Positions 21,294 through 31,128 are shown, counted from the stretch's first letter. The stretch: DNA of 46,006 bases from Bacillota bacterium (GCA_051745185.1 JBNJDV010000004.1:1-46006), one strand, 5' to 3'. Notes: a model not told the origin generated them from the letters alone. Program-made: numbers and translations.

Positions 21294-22130
21294 TTAATAC
21301 TGCTGTCTGGAAGAAAAATATCTGGTTACTGCATTTGTTATCAAAACCATCATGATTAAAATAAAAGCTGCTCCCCAGGCAAGATTCTGCCAGTTATCAT
21401 AAGGGGAAATAGCATAATTAAATATATAGACCGGCAGTGAAGCCGTGCTGGAAAAAAGACTTCCAGGCCAGTACCTACTATTTAAGGCTGTAAATAACAG
21501 TGGTGCAGTTTCTCCGGCTGCTCTGGAAAGTGAAAGCATAATTCCAGTAATTATCCCTCGATATGCTGAAGGCAGAACTACTTTGAAAATAGTTTCCCCA
21601 GTATTAGCACCAAGAGCTAAAGAAGCTTCTCTTAGAGAATCCGGAACCATCAGCAGCATTTCTTCCGTTGTCCTCACTATTAGGGGCACCATTATAATTG
21701 CCAGCGCCGCTCCCCCGGCAAGTGCAGAATAACCACCAAATGTCCGCACTAAAATTATATAGGTAAAGATACCAACAACAATACTCGGAATACCTGATAA
21801 AACATCACTGATTAGGCGGACTACATAAGAAAGCTTATTTTGTCCAAATTCTGCCAGAAATATCCCGGCCATTATCCCCACAGGAATCGAAAATAATGAG
21901 GCGAGACCGACCAAATAGATAGTACCTACAATAGCATTTCCTAAACCTCCACCCTCTTTACCAGGAGAAGGAGGTAGTTTTGTAAAGAAATCGAAATTAA
22001 TTGCTGCTGCTCCTCTGGCCGTTACTTGAATTAAAATGCTTATTAATGGAATTATAGCAACGATCGTCATTATACCACAGATTAAAAATACCAGCCCATT
22101 GATGAATTTTCTTTTTGATAAGTTTGTCAT
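21294..22130 (-). CDS. pstA: Phosphate ABC transporter permease PstA
   Basis: Six-TM permease with the EAA-like loop (EASLALGANTGETIFKVVLP). Position fits the pst operon. Confidence 0.93.
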   Translation of the reverse strand: MTNLSKRKFINGLVFLICGIMTIVAIIPLISILIQVTARGAAAINFDFFTKLPPSPGKEGGGLGNAIVGTIYLVGLASLFSIPVGIMAGIFLAEFGQNKLSYVVRLISDVLSGIPSIVVGIFTYIILVRTFGGYSALAGGAALAIIMVPLIVRTTEEMLLMVPDSLREASLALGANTGETIFKVVLPSAYRGIITGIMLSLSRAAGETAPLLFTALNSRYWPGSLFSSTASLPVYIFNYAISPYDNWQNLAWGAAFILIMMVLITNAVTRYFSSRQQY

Positions 22131-22140
22131 TCTACACCTC

Positions 22141-23067
22141 CTATTTATGATTATTTGCTGTATAATAGATTAAAAGTCGAGCAACTATATTCAAAATTAA
22201 AGTAATTGCAAATAAAACAAGACCCAGTCCAACTAATGAACCTAGATGTAAACTGGATACTGCTTCAGAAAATTCATTAGCAATTACACTAGACATTGTA
22301 TTTCCCATTGCAAAAAATGAATAAGTAATTCGGTTAACATTTCCGATAACCATGGTTACTGCCATCGTCTCTCCTATAGCTCGCCCAAAAGCTAAAATTA
22401 CTGCTCCAATTATACCAGCTTTACCATAGGGAATAACTATATGCCAGATTGTTTCCCAGCGGGTTGCCCCCATAGCCAGCATTGCCTGCCGTTGTTCTTT
22501 GGGTACTGCCTCCAGTACATCTTTGGTAATTGAAGTAATTATCGGCAGTATCATAATTGCCAGAATAATTCCGGCAGCCAAAATTCCAACCCCCAACATT
22601 GGACCCTGGAAAAATTCTAAAAACCCAAGATGTTTGTTTAAAAAGGGCTGAATATAATCTCTAATAATCGGTGTTAAAACAAAAATTGCCCAGAAACCAT
22701 AAATAACACTTGGTACTGCTGCCAGAAGTTCAATTACAAATGACAGAGGCTGACTGATTTTCTTAGGTGCTATTTCGGTTAAAAATACTGCTGAGCCAAC
22801 TCCTAAAGGGATGGCAATTATCAGTGAGATCATAGAAGTAACCAGAGAACCATAAATAAAGGGTAAGGCTCCGAAATTATCAGTAACTGGATTCCATTCT
22901 TCTGAAAAAATAAATGAGATTCCAAATTCTTTTATTGAAGGCCAGGAAAAAGTAAGCATTACTCCCAACATTAAAATTACTAAAATTATTAATGACCAGG
23001 CAAATAATCTGCTGACCCGATAAAAAAGCCTGTCTTTTAAATTATTCTTCAAATTATATTTTACCAT
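22141..23067 (-). CDS. pstC: Phosphate ABC transporter permease PstC
   Basis: Permease with QRQAMLAMGATRWETIWHIVIP, the typical PstC EAA loop. Confidence 0.93.
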   Translation of the reverse strand: MVKYNLKNNLKDRLFYRVSRLFAWSLIILVILMLGVMLTFSWPSIKEFGISFIFSEEWNPVTDNFGALPFIYGSLVTSMISLIIAIPLGVGSAVFLTEIAPKKISQPLSFVIELLAAVPSVIYGFWAIFVLTPIIRDYIQPFLNKHLGFLEFFQGPMLGVGILAAGIILAIMILPIITSITKDVLEAVPKEQRQAMLAMGATRWETIWHIVIPYGKAGIIGAVILAFGRAIGETMAVTMVIGNVNRITYSFFAMGNTMSSVIANEFSEAVSSLHLGSLVGLGLVLFAITLILNIVARLLIYYTANNHK

Positions 23068-23111
23068 CTAAAAACCTCCTTTTAGTAAAAGACATAATAA
23101 AACACACTAAA

Positions 23112-23148
23112 GCAAAAGACCTCACCACCAAACAAGAGGATCTTTTGC
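23112..23148 (-). terminator. Intercistronic hairpin between pstS and pstC, a probable partial terminator or mRNA stabiliser
   Basis: GCAAAAGACCTC (23112..23123) pairs with GAGGATCTTTTGC (23136..23148) with one bulge. A T-rich tract follows on the minus strand. Confidence 0.5.
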
Positions 23149-23179
23149 TATAGGAATTAATATTCTATTTTTAATACTT

Positions 23180-24235
23180 TTACTTTAAATTAGGTCTTAC
23201 AGCCTCACCATCAACAGTAATTGATTCTAGTTTTTCTTTTACCATTTCTTCAAGATTTTCTGGAATTGGTGCATATAATAATTCTGTTGCATAGTCATCA
23301 CCTTCAGTTAATGCCCACCAAATATAATCAATCATTTCACCAGTTTTTTCTGCATCTTGGTACTCATCATAAACTAATAGATAGGTAAATGTTGCAATCG
23401 GCCATGCATTTTCTCCTGGCTGATTTGTGATAGAAACTCTCATATCTTCTGGCATGTTTGCTACAGCACCAGCTGCTGCTTCAGTTGTGCTTTCTAAAGA
23501 TGCTTCAACATAGTTGCCATCTTTATTTTGTAATTTAGCATGAGATAGATTATTTTCAATTGCATAAGCTAACTCAACATATCCAATTGCTCCATCATTT
23601 TGTGATACCTGACCTGCTACTCCTTCATTACCTTTAGCACCCATACCCACAGGCCAGCTTACTGCTTTACCAAAACCAACCTGTTCTTCCCATTCATTAC
23701 TTACTTTAGAAAGAAAGTCTGTAAATGCATTTGTAGTTCCACTGCCATCTGATCTACGAACTACTACAATGTATTTATTAGGTAAATCAACATCAGGATT
23801 TGCTTCCTGAATTGCTGGGTCATTCCATTTCTCAATCTTACCAAGGTAGATATCAGCAACTGTTTCTGACTTTAATCTTAACTGTTGATCAACACCCTCT
23901 AAATTATAGGTTACTGCAACGGCACCCATAACCGTTGGAATATGCATAATGTTACCATCAGCTGATTCCATTTCTTCATCCTTCATTGGAGCATCACTAC
24001 CTGCAAAATCGAATGTTTTATCAATGATTCCTCTAATTCCTCCACCAGAACCAATTGATTGATAGTCGATTCTTACATCATGATCTTCTGTATAAACATC
24101 CATCCAAGTTGAATAAAGTGGATAAGGAAAAGATGCCCCACCTGATTCTAATGATACCTGAGCTAAAGCTGTACCAGAAATTAGAATAAATAACAGTGTT
24201 ACTAATAAAATACTACTGATCTTTTTTGTAAACAT
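23180..24235 (-). CDS. pstS: Phosphate-binding protein PstS (secreted or lipid-anchored SBP)
   Basis: Signal peptide MFTKKISSILLVTLLFILISGTALA, GASFPYPLY, and the SGGG and RRSDGSGTT phosphate-binding motifs. Confidence 0.93.
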   Translation of the reverse strand: MFTKKISSILLVTLLFILISGTALAQVSLESGGASFPYPLYSTWMDVYTEDHDVRIDYQSIGSGGGIRGIIDKTFDFAGSDAPMKDEEMESADGNIMHIPTVMGAVAVTYNLEGVDQQLRLKSETVADIYLGKIEKWNDPAIQEANPDVDLPNKYIVVVRRSDGSGTTNAFTDFLSKVSNEWEEQVGFGKAVSWPVGMGAKGNEGVAGQVSQNDGAIGYVELAYAIENNLSHAKLQNKDGNYVEASLESTTEAAAGAVANMPEDMRVSITNQPGENAWPIATFTYLLVYDEYQDAEKTGEMIDYIWWALTEGDDYATELLYAPIPENLEEMVKEKLESITVDGEAVRPNLK

Positions 24236-24294
24236 TAATTATTGCCCCTTTCAGATTTTTTATTTTTTACTTTAATTAAATGATAACAGCCTTA

Positions 24295-24333
24295 TGTTAC
24301 AACAGTATGTCTCTTATGTTAAAAGAATGTTAA
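24295..24333 (-). promoter_or_regulatory. Pho box: four PhoP-type hexamer repeats at 11-bp phasing upstream of pstS
   Basis: The minus strand reads TTAACA-ttctt-TTAACA-taaga-GACATA-ctgtt-GTAACA (24333..24295). This matches the Bacillus-type TT(A/T/C)ACA-N5 direct-repeat architecture. Confidence 0.55.
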
Positions 24334-24379
24334 TAAAAAATCTGAAAAAGTTTATGATTGTAAAATCTTTCAATTTGAC

Positions 24380-26161
24380 CTAATGTGCTATTTTTAAATA
24401 AAATGAAAACTTACTTCCTTTTCCCTCAGTACTCTCAACTTTAACTTCACTACCATGTTGTTTGATAATATTTCTTACTATAGAAAGTCCAATACCTGTT
24501 CCACCTAGCTTACGAGAACGTGCTTTATCAACCCGATAAAAACGCTCAAATATTCTTTCTTGATCATCCTTTGGTATACCGATACCGTTATCTTCAATTG
24601 AAAAATAAAGTTTATCTCTATCTTTATGAACTTTTATTTTAATCTTACCATTTTCGGGCGTATATTTTATTGCATTGTCTATCAAATTAATTAAAACCTG
24701 TTCAATCTGTTCTTTAACCATATAAACTAAGGGTAATTTTTCTGCCATCTCAATTTCAAGGCTTATATTTTTATTTTCAGCATTTTTCTTTAATAAGTTG
24801 ATAACTTTCTCTATTATTTTTTTAAAGTTTTCTGCTCTTAAATTAAAAGTTTGAGATTCAATTTTAGAAAGGTTAAGCAAATCCCTAATTAAAATTGATA
24901 ATCTATCTGTTTCTTCTTTAATAATTTCAAGAAATTGTTCTCTGGTTTTTAAGTCATCAATGTCACTATCAATTAAAGTATCTAAATAACCTACAATTGA
25001 AGTTAAAGGAGTACGTAACTCATGAGAAACATTTGCTACAAAATCATTACGTACTGTTTCCAATTTTCTCAGTTCAGTAATATCAGTTAATACAATTACT
25101 CCTCCATTAATTTTTTTATTTTCATTAACTAAAGGTATAAAAGTTGCCTGAATAATTTTTTCTTCAGGATTTTTGTATTTAATTTCTCTACTGATGCTTT
25201 CCTTTTTTTCAAAGGCTCTTTCTAAATACATATCAATCCTGTGACTTAAAAGTATGTTAATTAATTTTTTCCCTTTAACATTTTCTGCTTCAATATTAAA
25301 AATTCTCCGAGCTGCAGGATTGATTAATGAAACCCTAGTTTCTTTATCAACAGCAATTACCCCATCTAGCATACTCTCCAAAATAGCTTCAATTCTATTT
25401 TTTTCTTGTGAAATCTCAGTTATCTTATCTTCTAATTCTTCTGCCATAAAATTAAACATACGAGCTAGTTTTTCAATTTCACTATTATATTTTCTAACAG
25501 GTATCCTTTCAGAAAGTTCACCTTCCGAAATCTTAGCTGCAGTCTCTGTAACAGTTTCTAAAGGTTTAACAATACTTTGAGTTAATCGCCAACCAAGAAT
25601 AAGTGTTATAAATGCCAGAATAATAAAGAAAAATAAATAGCTTTTTATATCTTCAATTAAAACACTTTGAATAAAACTTAAAGGACGTGCTGTTCTTAGT
25701 ATACCCTTTAAGTCATTGTTTTCAAAAATTGGCATTGCAAAATAAAGCATTTCTTCACCAATTGTTTCACTATAACGAATTGAACTACCATAACTTTTAT
25801 TTTCAATTGCCTCTACAACTTCTGGTCTATTTCTGTGATTATCCATATCCTGAACATTATGATGAGAATCAGAAAGTACTAAGCCATCAGAAGCTATTAC
25901 TGTAACTCTAGTATTAGTATTTTCTGCCCATTGCGTAGTTTTTTCTCTTAGTTCAGGATGATTGTTTAATAATCCATCATCTTTTATATCAATTGAAATT
26001 AATCTGCTATAATGTTTTAGGCTCATTCTTTCCTGCTCAAGGTAAAATTCTCGATGATTTGTACTAAAATAATAGAAACTAAAAATAATAATCAAAAGCT
26101 GTATAACGATAAAAATAGTTAAAATTCGATTTTTTATTCCAAGATTATTCCATTTTAACAA
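24380..26161 (-). CDS. phoR: Phosphate-regulon sensor histidine kinase (PhoR-like)
   Basis: Two TM segments around an extracytoplasmic domain, HAMP, PAS, HisKA (FVANVSHELRTPLTSI) and HATPase (GGTGIGLSIV). It overlaps the upstream response regulator by 17 nt. Confidence 0.88.
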   Translation of the reverse strand: MLKWNNLGIKNRILTIFIVIQLLIIIFSFYYFSTNHREFYLEQERMSLKHYSRLISIDIKDDGLLNNHPELREKTTQWAENTNTRVTVIASDGLVLSDSHHNVQDMDNHRNRPEVVEAIENKSYGSSIRYSETIGEEMLYFAMPIFENNDLKGILRTARPLSFIQSVLIEDIKSYLFFFIILAFITLILGWRLTQSIVKPLETVTETAAKISEGELSERIPVRKYNSEIEKLARMFNFMAEELEDKITEISQEKNRIEAILESMLDGVIAVDKETRVSLINPAARRIFNIEAENVKGKKLINILLSHRIDMYLERAFEKKESISREIKYKNPEEKIIQATFIPLVNENKKINGGVIVLTDITELRKLETVRNDFVANVSHELRTPLTSIVGYLDTLIDSDIDDLKTREQFLEIIKEETDRLSILIRDLLNLSKIESQTFNLRAENFKKIIEKVINLLKKNAENKNISLEIEMAEKLPLVYMVKEQIEQVLINLIDNAIKYTPENGKIKIKVHKDRDKLYFSIEDNGIGIPKDDQERIFERFYRVDKARSRKLGGTGIGLSIVRNIIKQHGSEVKVESTEGKGSKFSFYLKIAH

Positions 26162-26837
26162 ATTTATATCCCACCCCTCTAACAGTAGCTATATAATCCG
26201 AAGAAATCTTTTTGCGCAGTCGCCTGATATGAACATCAACAGTTCTTGTATCACCTGCATATTCATAACCCCATATTTTTTCTAAAAGTAAATCTCTGCT
26301 AAGAACATGTCCTTGATTAACTATTAGATATTTTAAAAGTTCAAATTCTTTAGGAGTCAATACAATTTTCTTTTTGTGATAATATACTTCATGACGCGGA
26401 ATATCCAATTTTAAATCACCTAGGTCAATAGTTTCTTCTTTTAACTCGCTGCTAATGTTTTTAATTTCTTTCATTCTACGAAAAATAGCTTTTATCCTAG
26501 CAATCAGTTCCCGGGGGCTAAACGGCTTTGTCATATAATCATCTGCACCCATTTCAAGTCCCAAAATTCTTTCAACTTCTTCACCTTTAGCAGTTAACAT
26601 TATAATCGGTATCTGTCTTAAGTCTTCATTACTTCTCATTTCACGACAGACTTCCATTCCATCAACTTCTGGTAACATTAAATCTAAAACTACAAGATCT
26701 ATTCCCTTTGAAAGCAATTGAAGTGCTTCTCTTCCATCTGCTGCTGTCAATGCCTTAAAACCAGCATTTTCTATATTAAACTTTATTAGCTCACGAATAT
26801 TTTTTTCATCTTCCACAATTAATATTTTTTTCTTCAA
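26145..26837 (-). CDS. phoP: OmpR/PhoB-family response regulator (PhoP/PhoB-like)
   Basis: Receiver with DLVVLDLMLPEVDG and a winged-helix C-terminus (TVDVHIRRLRKK...VRGVGYKF). TTG start at 26837 with a GGGGG SD. Confidence 0.9.
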   Translation of the reverse strand: MKKKILIVEDEKNIRELIKFNIENAGFKALTAADGREALQLLSKGIDLVVLDLMLPEVDGMEVCREMRSNEDLRQIPIIMLTAKGEEVERILGLEMGADDYMTKPFSPRELIARIKAIFRRMKEIKNISSELKEETIDLGDLKLDIPRHEVYYHKKKIVLTPKEFELLKYLIVNQGHVLSRDLLLEKIWGYEYAGDTRTVDVHIRRLRKKISSDYIATVRGVGYKFVKME

Positions 26838-26861
26838 TTTATTTGCCCCCTAAAGCTAATT

Positions 26862-26885
26862 AAAGAGCCTTTTGAAAGGCTCTTT
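26862..26885 (-). terminator. Intrinsic terminator after the Na/Pi symporter gene
   Basis: AAAGAGCCTT (26862..26871), loop TTGA, AAGGCTCTTT (26876..26885). A perfect 10-bp stem. Confidence 0.65.
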
Positions 26886-26895
26886 AAAATATAGT

Positions 26896-28551
26896 TTATA
26901 CTCTTTTCTTTTCGCGTTCGGTAACACTATATGCTATATCAGCAAACTGATCACTAATGTGTTCAAGATCTTCTAGGATTTCAAGATATGCAATACCAGC
27001 TGAGGGAATACAAATTCCTTTATTCAGCCTCCTTAAATGATCATCTCTATATTGTAATAGTATATTATCCATCTTTTCTTCACCTTCAAAGAGTCTGTCT
27101 GCAAGTGCTTTGTCGCCTGTTTCAATTATTTTTCTAGAATCATCTAAATAACCAATAACAATATCATATGCATTATTAATTGATTTTATTGCTTCCTCAG
27201 AAAATTCTAAGTTATTTTCAATAATGTATTCTGATAACTCAGCAATCGAATTACCATCATCACCGATACTTTCAATATCATCAACAATTGAAAAATAGCT
27301 GTCTAGTACTTTTATATCTTCATCCGGTAATGAACTCTGTGGAATATTTGTAAGATATATTAACAGTTCTTCTTCAATTTCATTTATTATCTCTTCTTTA
27401 TGTTTAATCTTTTTAATCATTTCTTTATCCTTATCAATAACTGCTTTTCTAGATTCTAAAACCATCTCTTGAACTATACTGTGCATCCTAGTGATTTCCA
27501 TATTGACCTGTGATAGTGCAGCCTGCGGAGTATTTAACATCCTTTCATCTAAATGTACTAAACCTCTTTCAATAGAAATTTCTTCTCCTGGTATTATTTT
27601 ATTTACTAACTTAACCATAAACCCTACAAAGGGGAACCAGATTATCGTATTAAGAACATTAAATAAGGTGTGGGTATTAGCTAGAAGTCTTTCAGCACTT
27701 ATAGTATTATTTGTCATACCACTAATACCTCTTAATAATTCCCTTAACTGACCTGTAAAATTAGGAATTAGATAGATTAGTATAATCATAATACCTGAGC
27801 CCAATATGTTAAAAATAAAGTGGGCTGCAGCAGATTTTTTAGCTGTCTTGCTTGCTCCAATAGCAGATAAAATAGCAGTAACTGTTGTACCAATATTACT
27901 ACCTAATAAAATTGGTACTCCTGATGTGAAGTCAATAACTCCAACTGAAACTAATCCCACTAAAATACCGAATGTAGCAGAACTACTTTGAACAACAACA
28001 GTTATTGTCATTCCTACCAATACACCTAATATTGGCTGAGTACCAAAGTTTTTCATTAAATCAACTATGTACTGAGAATCTCTGAGTGGATACATTGTCT
28101 CACTCATAATATTAAGACCTAAAAACAGAATACCGAAGCCTAAAATCACCTGTCCAATATACTGATATTTTTTCCTGTTTGAAAATAAATATGCAATTGC
28201 ACCTATCGTAATTGCATGAAATGCATAATCTCCAAGATCAAAAGAAATTAATTGTGCAGTAATAGTTGTACCAATATTAGCACCCATTATTACTCCAATT
28301 GACTGATATAAGGTCATTAAACCTGCATTAACAAAACCTACAACCATAACAGTTGTAGCACTACTACTTTGCACAATTGAAGTGACTCCAGTACCAACTA
28401 ATATTCCGGAAAATGTGTTCTTTGTTAAAAATGCCAAGAAGTGTCTAAGCCTTTTACCCGCGGTTTTTTGCAATCCCTCACTCATCTGCTTCATTCCGTA
28501 GATAAAAAGCCCTAGACCTCCTGTAAGACCAACCACCATTTCAAATGACAA
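26896..28551 (-). CDS. Na+/phosphate symporter (NptA family) with C-terminal PhoU-like domains
   Basis: Duplicated QSSSATT / QSSSATF Na_Pi_cotrans repeats, then a helical PhoU-like C-terminal half. Confidence 0.9.
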   Translation of the reverse strand: MSFEMVVGLTGGLGLFIYGMKQMSEGLQKTAGKRLRHFLAFLTKNTFSGILVGTGVTSIVQSSSATTVMVVGFVNAGLMTLYQSIGVIMGANIGTTITAQLISFDLGDYAFHAITIGAIAYLFSNRKKYQYIGQVILGFGILFLGLNIMSETMYPLRDSQYIVDLMKNFGTQPILGVLVGMTITVVVQSSSATFGILVGLVSVGVIDFTSGVPILLGSNIGTTVTAILSAIGASKTAKKSAAAHFIFNILGSGIMIILIYLIPNFTGQLRELLRGISGMTNNTISAERLLANTHTLFNVLNTIIWFPFVGFMVKLVNKIIPGEEISIERGLVHLDERMLNTPQAALSQVNMEITRMHSIVQEMVLESRKAVIDKDKEMIKKIKHKEEIINEIEEELLIYLTNIPQSSLPDEDIKVLDSYFSIVDDIESIGDDGNSIAELSEYIIENNLEFSEEAIKSINNAYDIVIGYLDDSRKIIETGDKALADRLFEGEEKMDNILLQYRDDHLRRLNKGICIPSAGIAYLEILEDLEHISDQFADIAYSVTEREKKRV

Positions 28552-28606
28552 ATCAGCGCACCTCCAAGTATATTATTATATTTTTTTCATCATTTGGAGA
28601 TTATCG

Positions 28607-28867
28607 TTAAATAACCCCTATTCTTGTGTGATCTTCTTTTAATTTTAATTTTACAGAATCAGTTAATAGATCAGCATAAGAAAATGACAAATGTCTTTCC
28701 TGCTCATTATCATCGATTTTTATTATAAATATATTATCGTATGTCTTAGCTAAAACACCTTCTTTGTTTATTGATCTCCTTCTACCTCTATCTGCTTTAA
28801 TTATAACTTCTTTCCCTAAATATTGAGAAATATTCCTTTTGATTTCACTTAATGTATTTTTAGTCAT
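28607..28867 (-). CDS. veg: Veg protein (biofilm/sporulation-associated small DNA-binding protein)
   Basis: 86 aa. LSEIKRNISQYLGKEVIIKADRGRRR...FSYADLLT resembles Veg, and the ksgA-proximal position is conserved. Confidence 0.85.
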   Translation of the reverse strand: MTKNTLSEIKRNISQYLGKEVIIKADRGRRRSINKEGVLAKTYDNIFIIKIDDNEQERHLSFSYADLLTDSVKLKLKEDHTRIGVI

Positions 28868-28966
28868 AAGAGAACCCCCCCAGCTTCTCTTGGATTAATA
28901 TAATTATTTATCATAATGACAAATAATTTATTGTTTAAAACTTTTAAAAGCAACTATATATAATAG

Positions 28967-29452
28967 TTACTTTGTATACCTATCAGCTACATTTGAGGCT
29001 GCATATGAATCAGGTTTAATCAATGCATCATAACCGCTTCCAATGACCATTCCAACAACTTCTTTTATAATTTCACTACTTGACCCATTCTGTCCAACAT
29101 CTATATGGATTTCAATATCTAAAAGTGAACTTTCATTATCATTGGATAAAAGTTCTGTTAACTTACTTGCGACAGTTAAACTCCTTGATACCTCATGAAA
29201 TATTCTTTTTTTAAATCCACTTCTCATCTCAACTTTTTTCTTATGATAAAAATATCTTCCTCCGTGTCCTACTCTATAAATCACTATCGCAGTAACAAAT
29301 ACTGATTCAGTTAGTCCGGGATGGGAATCTGTACCAATAATTAGTTTATATTGATTATTTGGTTTTTCTTTTATAAAAGATAAAATGCTTTCATAAGTTC
29401 TTTGAATATTCATTTTACCTTCTGTAGGACTAATAAATAGCATAACTATCAC
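28967..29452 (-). CDS. DUF458 / YkuK-like RNase H-fold protein
   Basis: FISPTEGKM...KLIIGTDSH...AIVIYRVGHGGRYFY pattern of the YkuK family. GTG start overlaps the rsmA stop (GTGA); an alternative ATG lies at 29443. Confidence 0.75.
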   Translation of the reverse strand: MIVMLFISPTEGKMNIQRTYESILSFIKEKPNNQYKLIIGTDSHPGLTESVFVTAIVIYRVGHGGRYFYHKKKVEMRSGFKKRIFHEVSRSLTVASKLTELLSNDNESSLLDIEIHIDVGQNGSSSEIIKEVVGMVIGSGYDALIKPDSYAASNVADRYTK

Positions 29453-30339
29453 TCATTTTCTCTTTTTAAATCCCAGAATACATTACTAAGTGAAACCATT
29501 TGGTCTATTGATAATTTTTCTCCTCTAATTCTTTTATCAATACCACATTCCTTTAACCCCTGTAAAATAGTCTCTTTATTAAGACTTACATGAGGAGATA
29601 ATGTTAAACTGTTTTTTATGTTTTTTCTTCGTAGATTAAATATTGCTCTTACAACTTCGAAGAAAAAATCTTTGTTTTTTACTTTATAAGGAAATTGATT
29701 ATAAGGAGTAAGTTTTATTACTGAAGAATGAACTTCAGGTTTGGGCAAAAATGCCGAAGGTGGTACTTCAAATTTAATCTCTGTTTTGTAATGAAACTGA
29801 ATAAAAACACTTAAGCTACCATAAGCTTTTGTGCCTGGTGATGCTGCTAATCTATCCGCTACTTCTCTCTGCATCATAAATGTCATTTCATCTATTTTAA
29901 GAGGAGAAAATAGTAAACTTTCTATTATTGGTGTTGTTATATAATATGGTAAGTTAGCAATAATCTTAATTTGTTTGTTATCTAAATTATTATTATCAAT
30001 AATTTGTTGCCAGTTTATTTGTAATATATCCATATTTAGTATTTCTAAATTATCAAAATCTTGAAATTGATCTTTCAAAATATTAATAAACCTAGCATCT
30101 TTTTCAATAGCTAATACTTTGCCTTTGTCTAAAGACTGAAGTAAATATTGAGTCAATGATCCGATACCAGAACCAATTTCTAAAACAAATTCATCTCCAT
30201 TTAGTTCAGATACAGCTATTATTTTTCTCATTATTTCATTATTAATTAAAAAGTGCTGCCCTAAATTTTTCTTCAATCTAATATTGTATTTATTTAAAAT
30301 ATCTCTGGTATTATGAAAATTTGCTATTTTTTTATCCAT
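29449..30339 (-). CDS. rsmA: 16S rRNA (adenine1518/1519-N6)-dimethyltransferase
   Basis: LGQHFL, SAM-binding motif LEIGSGIGSLT, and NLPYYITTPI. Confidence 0.95.
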   Translation of the reverse strand: MDKKIANFHNTRDILNKYNIRLKKNLGQHFLINNEIMRKIIAVSELNGDEFVLEIGSGIGSLTQYLLQSLDKGKVLAIEKDARFINILKDQFQDFDNLEILNMDILQINWQQIIDNNNLDNKQIKIIANLPYYITTPIIESLLFSPLKIDEMTFMMQREVADRLAASPGTKAYGSLSVFIQFHYKTEIKFEVPPSAFLPKPEVHSSVIKLTPYNQFPYKVKNKDFFFEVVRAIFNLRRKNIKNSLTLSPHVSLNKETILQGLKECGIDKRIRGEKLSIDQMVSLSNVFWDLKRENE

Positions 30340-30371
30340 AATGTACTCCTTATTTGTGTATTATCATAATT

Positions 30372-30401
30372 ATTTTATCACATAGAAACTTATAATGTAA
30401 A
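30372..30401 (-). promoter_or_regulatory. Candidate promoter of rsmA
   Basis: On the minus strand: TTTACA (30401..30396), 18 nt, then the extended -10 TGaTAAAAT (hexamer at 30377..30372). Confidence 0.4.
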
Positions 30402-30431
30402 ATAATATAACAATTTTATTTTTTTAATAAT

Positions 30432-31052
30432 CTATTCTATTTCAACTATTCCCTTTTTGATACATTTGATTAAGGCTTGAGTTCGGTCATTGACAGCTAA
30501 TTTTTTCAAGATATTACTCACATGGTTTTTTACCGTTCTCTCACTAATTATTAAAGTATTTGCAATTTCTCTATTGCTTTTTCCTTTAGAAATTTGTCCC
30601 ATTACATCTAATTCTCTTTCAGTTAGATTATGAAACCTGTAATTTTTTGGTTTTTCTTCTACTTGCTTAAAAGTATCATTTTTTACATGCTTTTTTATTA
30701 GTTGATAGAAATAATTACAGTCTTTAGAAACTGATATAATTTGATCTATATTATTATTTACACGTTCATCTAAATTAACTTTATCGTTATCTAGTAAAAA
30801 TATTAGTATATTTTTTCTTTTTCTTTTAATTTTTGCTATTATTTTTATTAATTCTCGTTCATTAAGATTAAGTATATTGACTAATACAAGATCAGGATAA
30901 AACTTATTTAAGACAGATGAAACATGCTCAAACTGTGAAATTGAAAAAACTGATTTTACTTCTGTTTTTTCTTTCAGAAAATGGGATATAGTATCTTTAT
31001 ATAGTTTGTTTTTATCAAATATTAAGATTTTAATTTTATTCATATTTTTCAC
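30432..31052 (-). CDS. LuxR/NarL-type regulator with a degenerate (pseudo-)receiver domain
   Basis: C-terminal LTERELDVMGQISKGKSNREIANTLIISERTVKNHVSNILKKL is a LuxR HTH. The N-terminal receiver-like fold has DK instead of the acidic pair DD (ILIFDKN) and N at the phospho-acceptor position (PDLVLVNIL). Confidence 0.75.
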   Translation of the reverse strand: MKNMNKIKILIFDKNKLYKDTISHFLKEKTEVKSVFSISQFEHVSSVLNKFYPDLVLVNILNLNERELIKIIAKIKRKRKNILIFLLDNDKVNLDERVNNNIDQIISVSKDCNYFYQLIKKHVKNDTFKQVEEKPKNYRFHNLTERELDVMGQISKGKSNREIANTLIISERTVKNHVSNILKKLAVNDRTQALIKCIKKGIVEIE

Positions 31053-31091
31053 CTTTGAAGTTTTGTTTTTATTATATCATTTTTATAGAAT

Positions 31092-31128
31092 AAAAAAAGG
31101 TTAATCCCAAATAAATAGGATTAACCTT
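31092..31128 (-). terminator. Intrinsic terminator after the cyclase-family gene
   Basis: AAGGTTAATCC (31097..31107) pairs with GGATTAACCTT (31118..31128). A run of 7 T follows on the minus strand (31092..31098). Confidence 0.7.
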
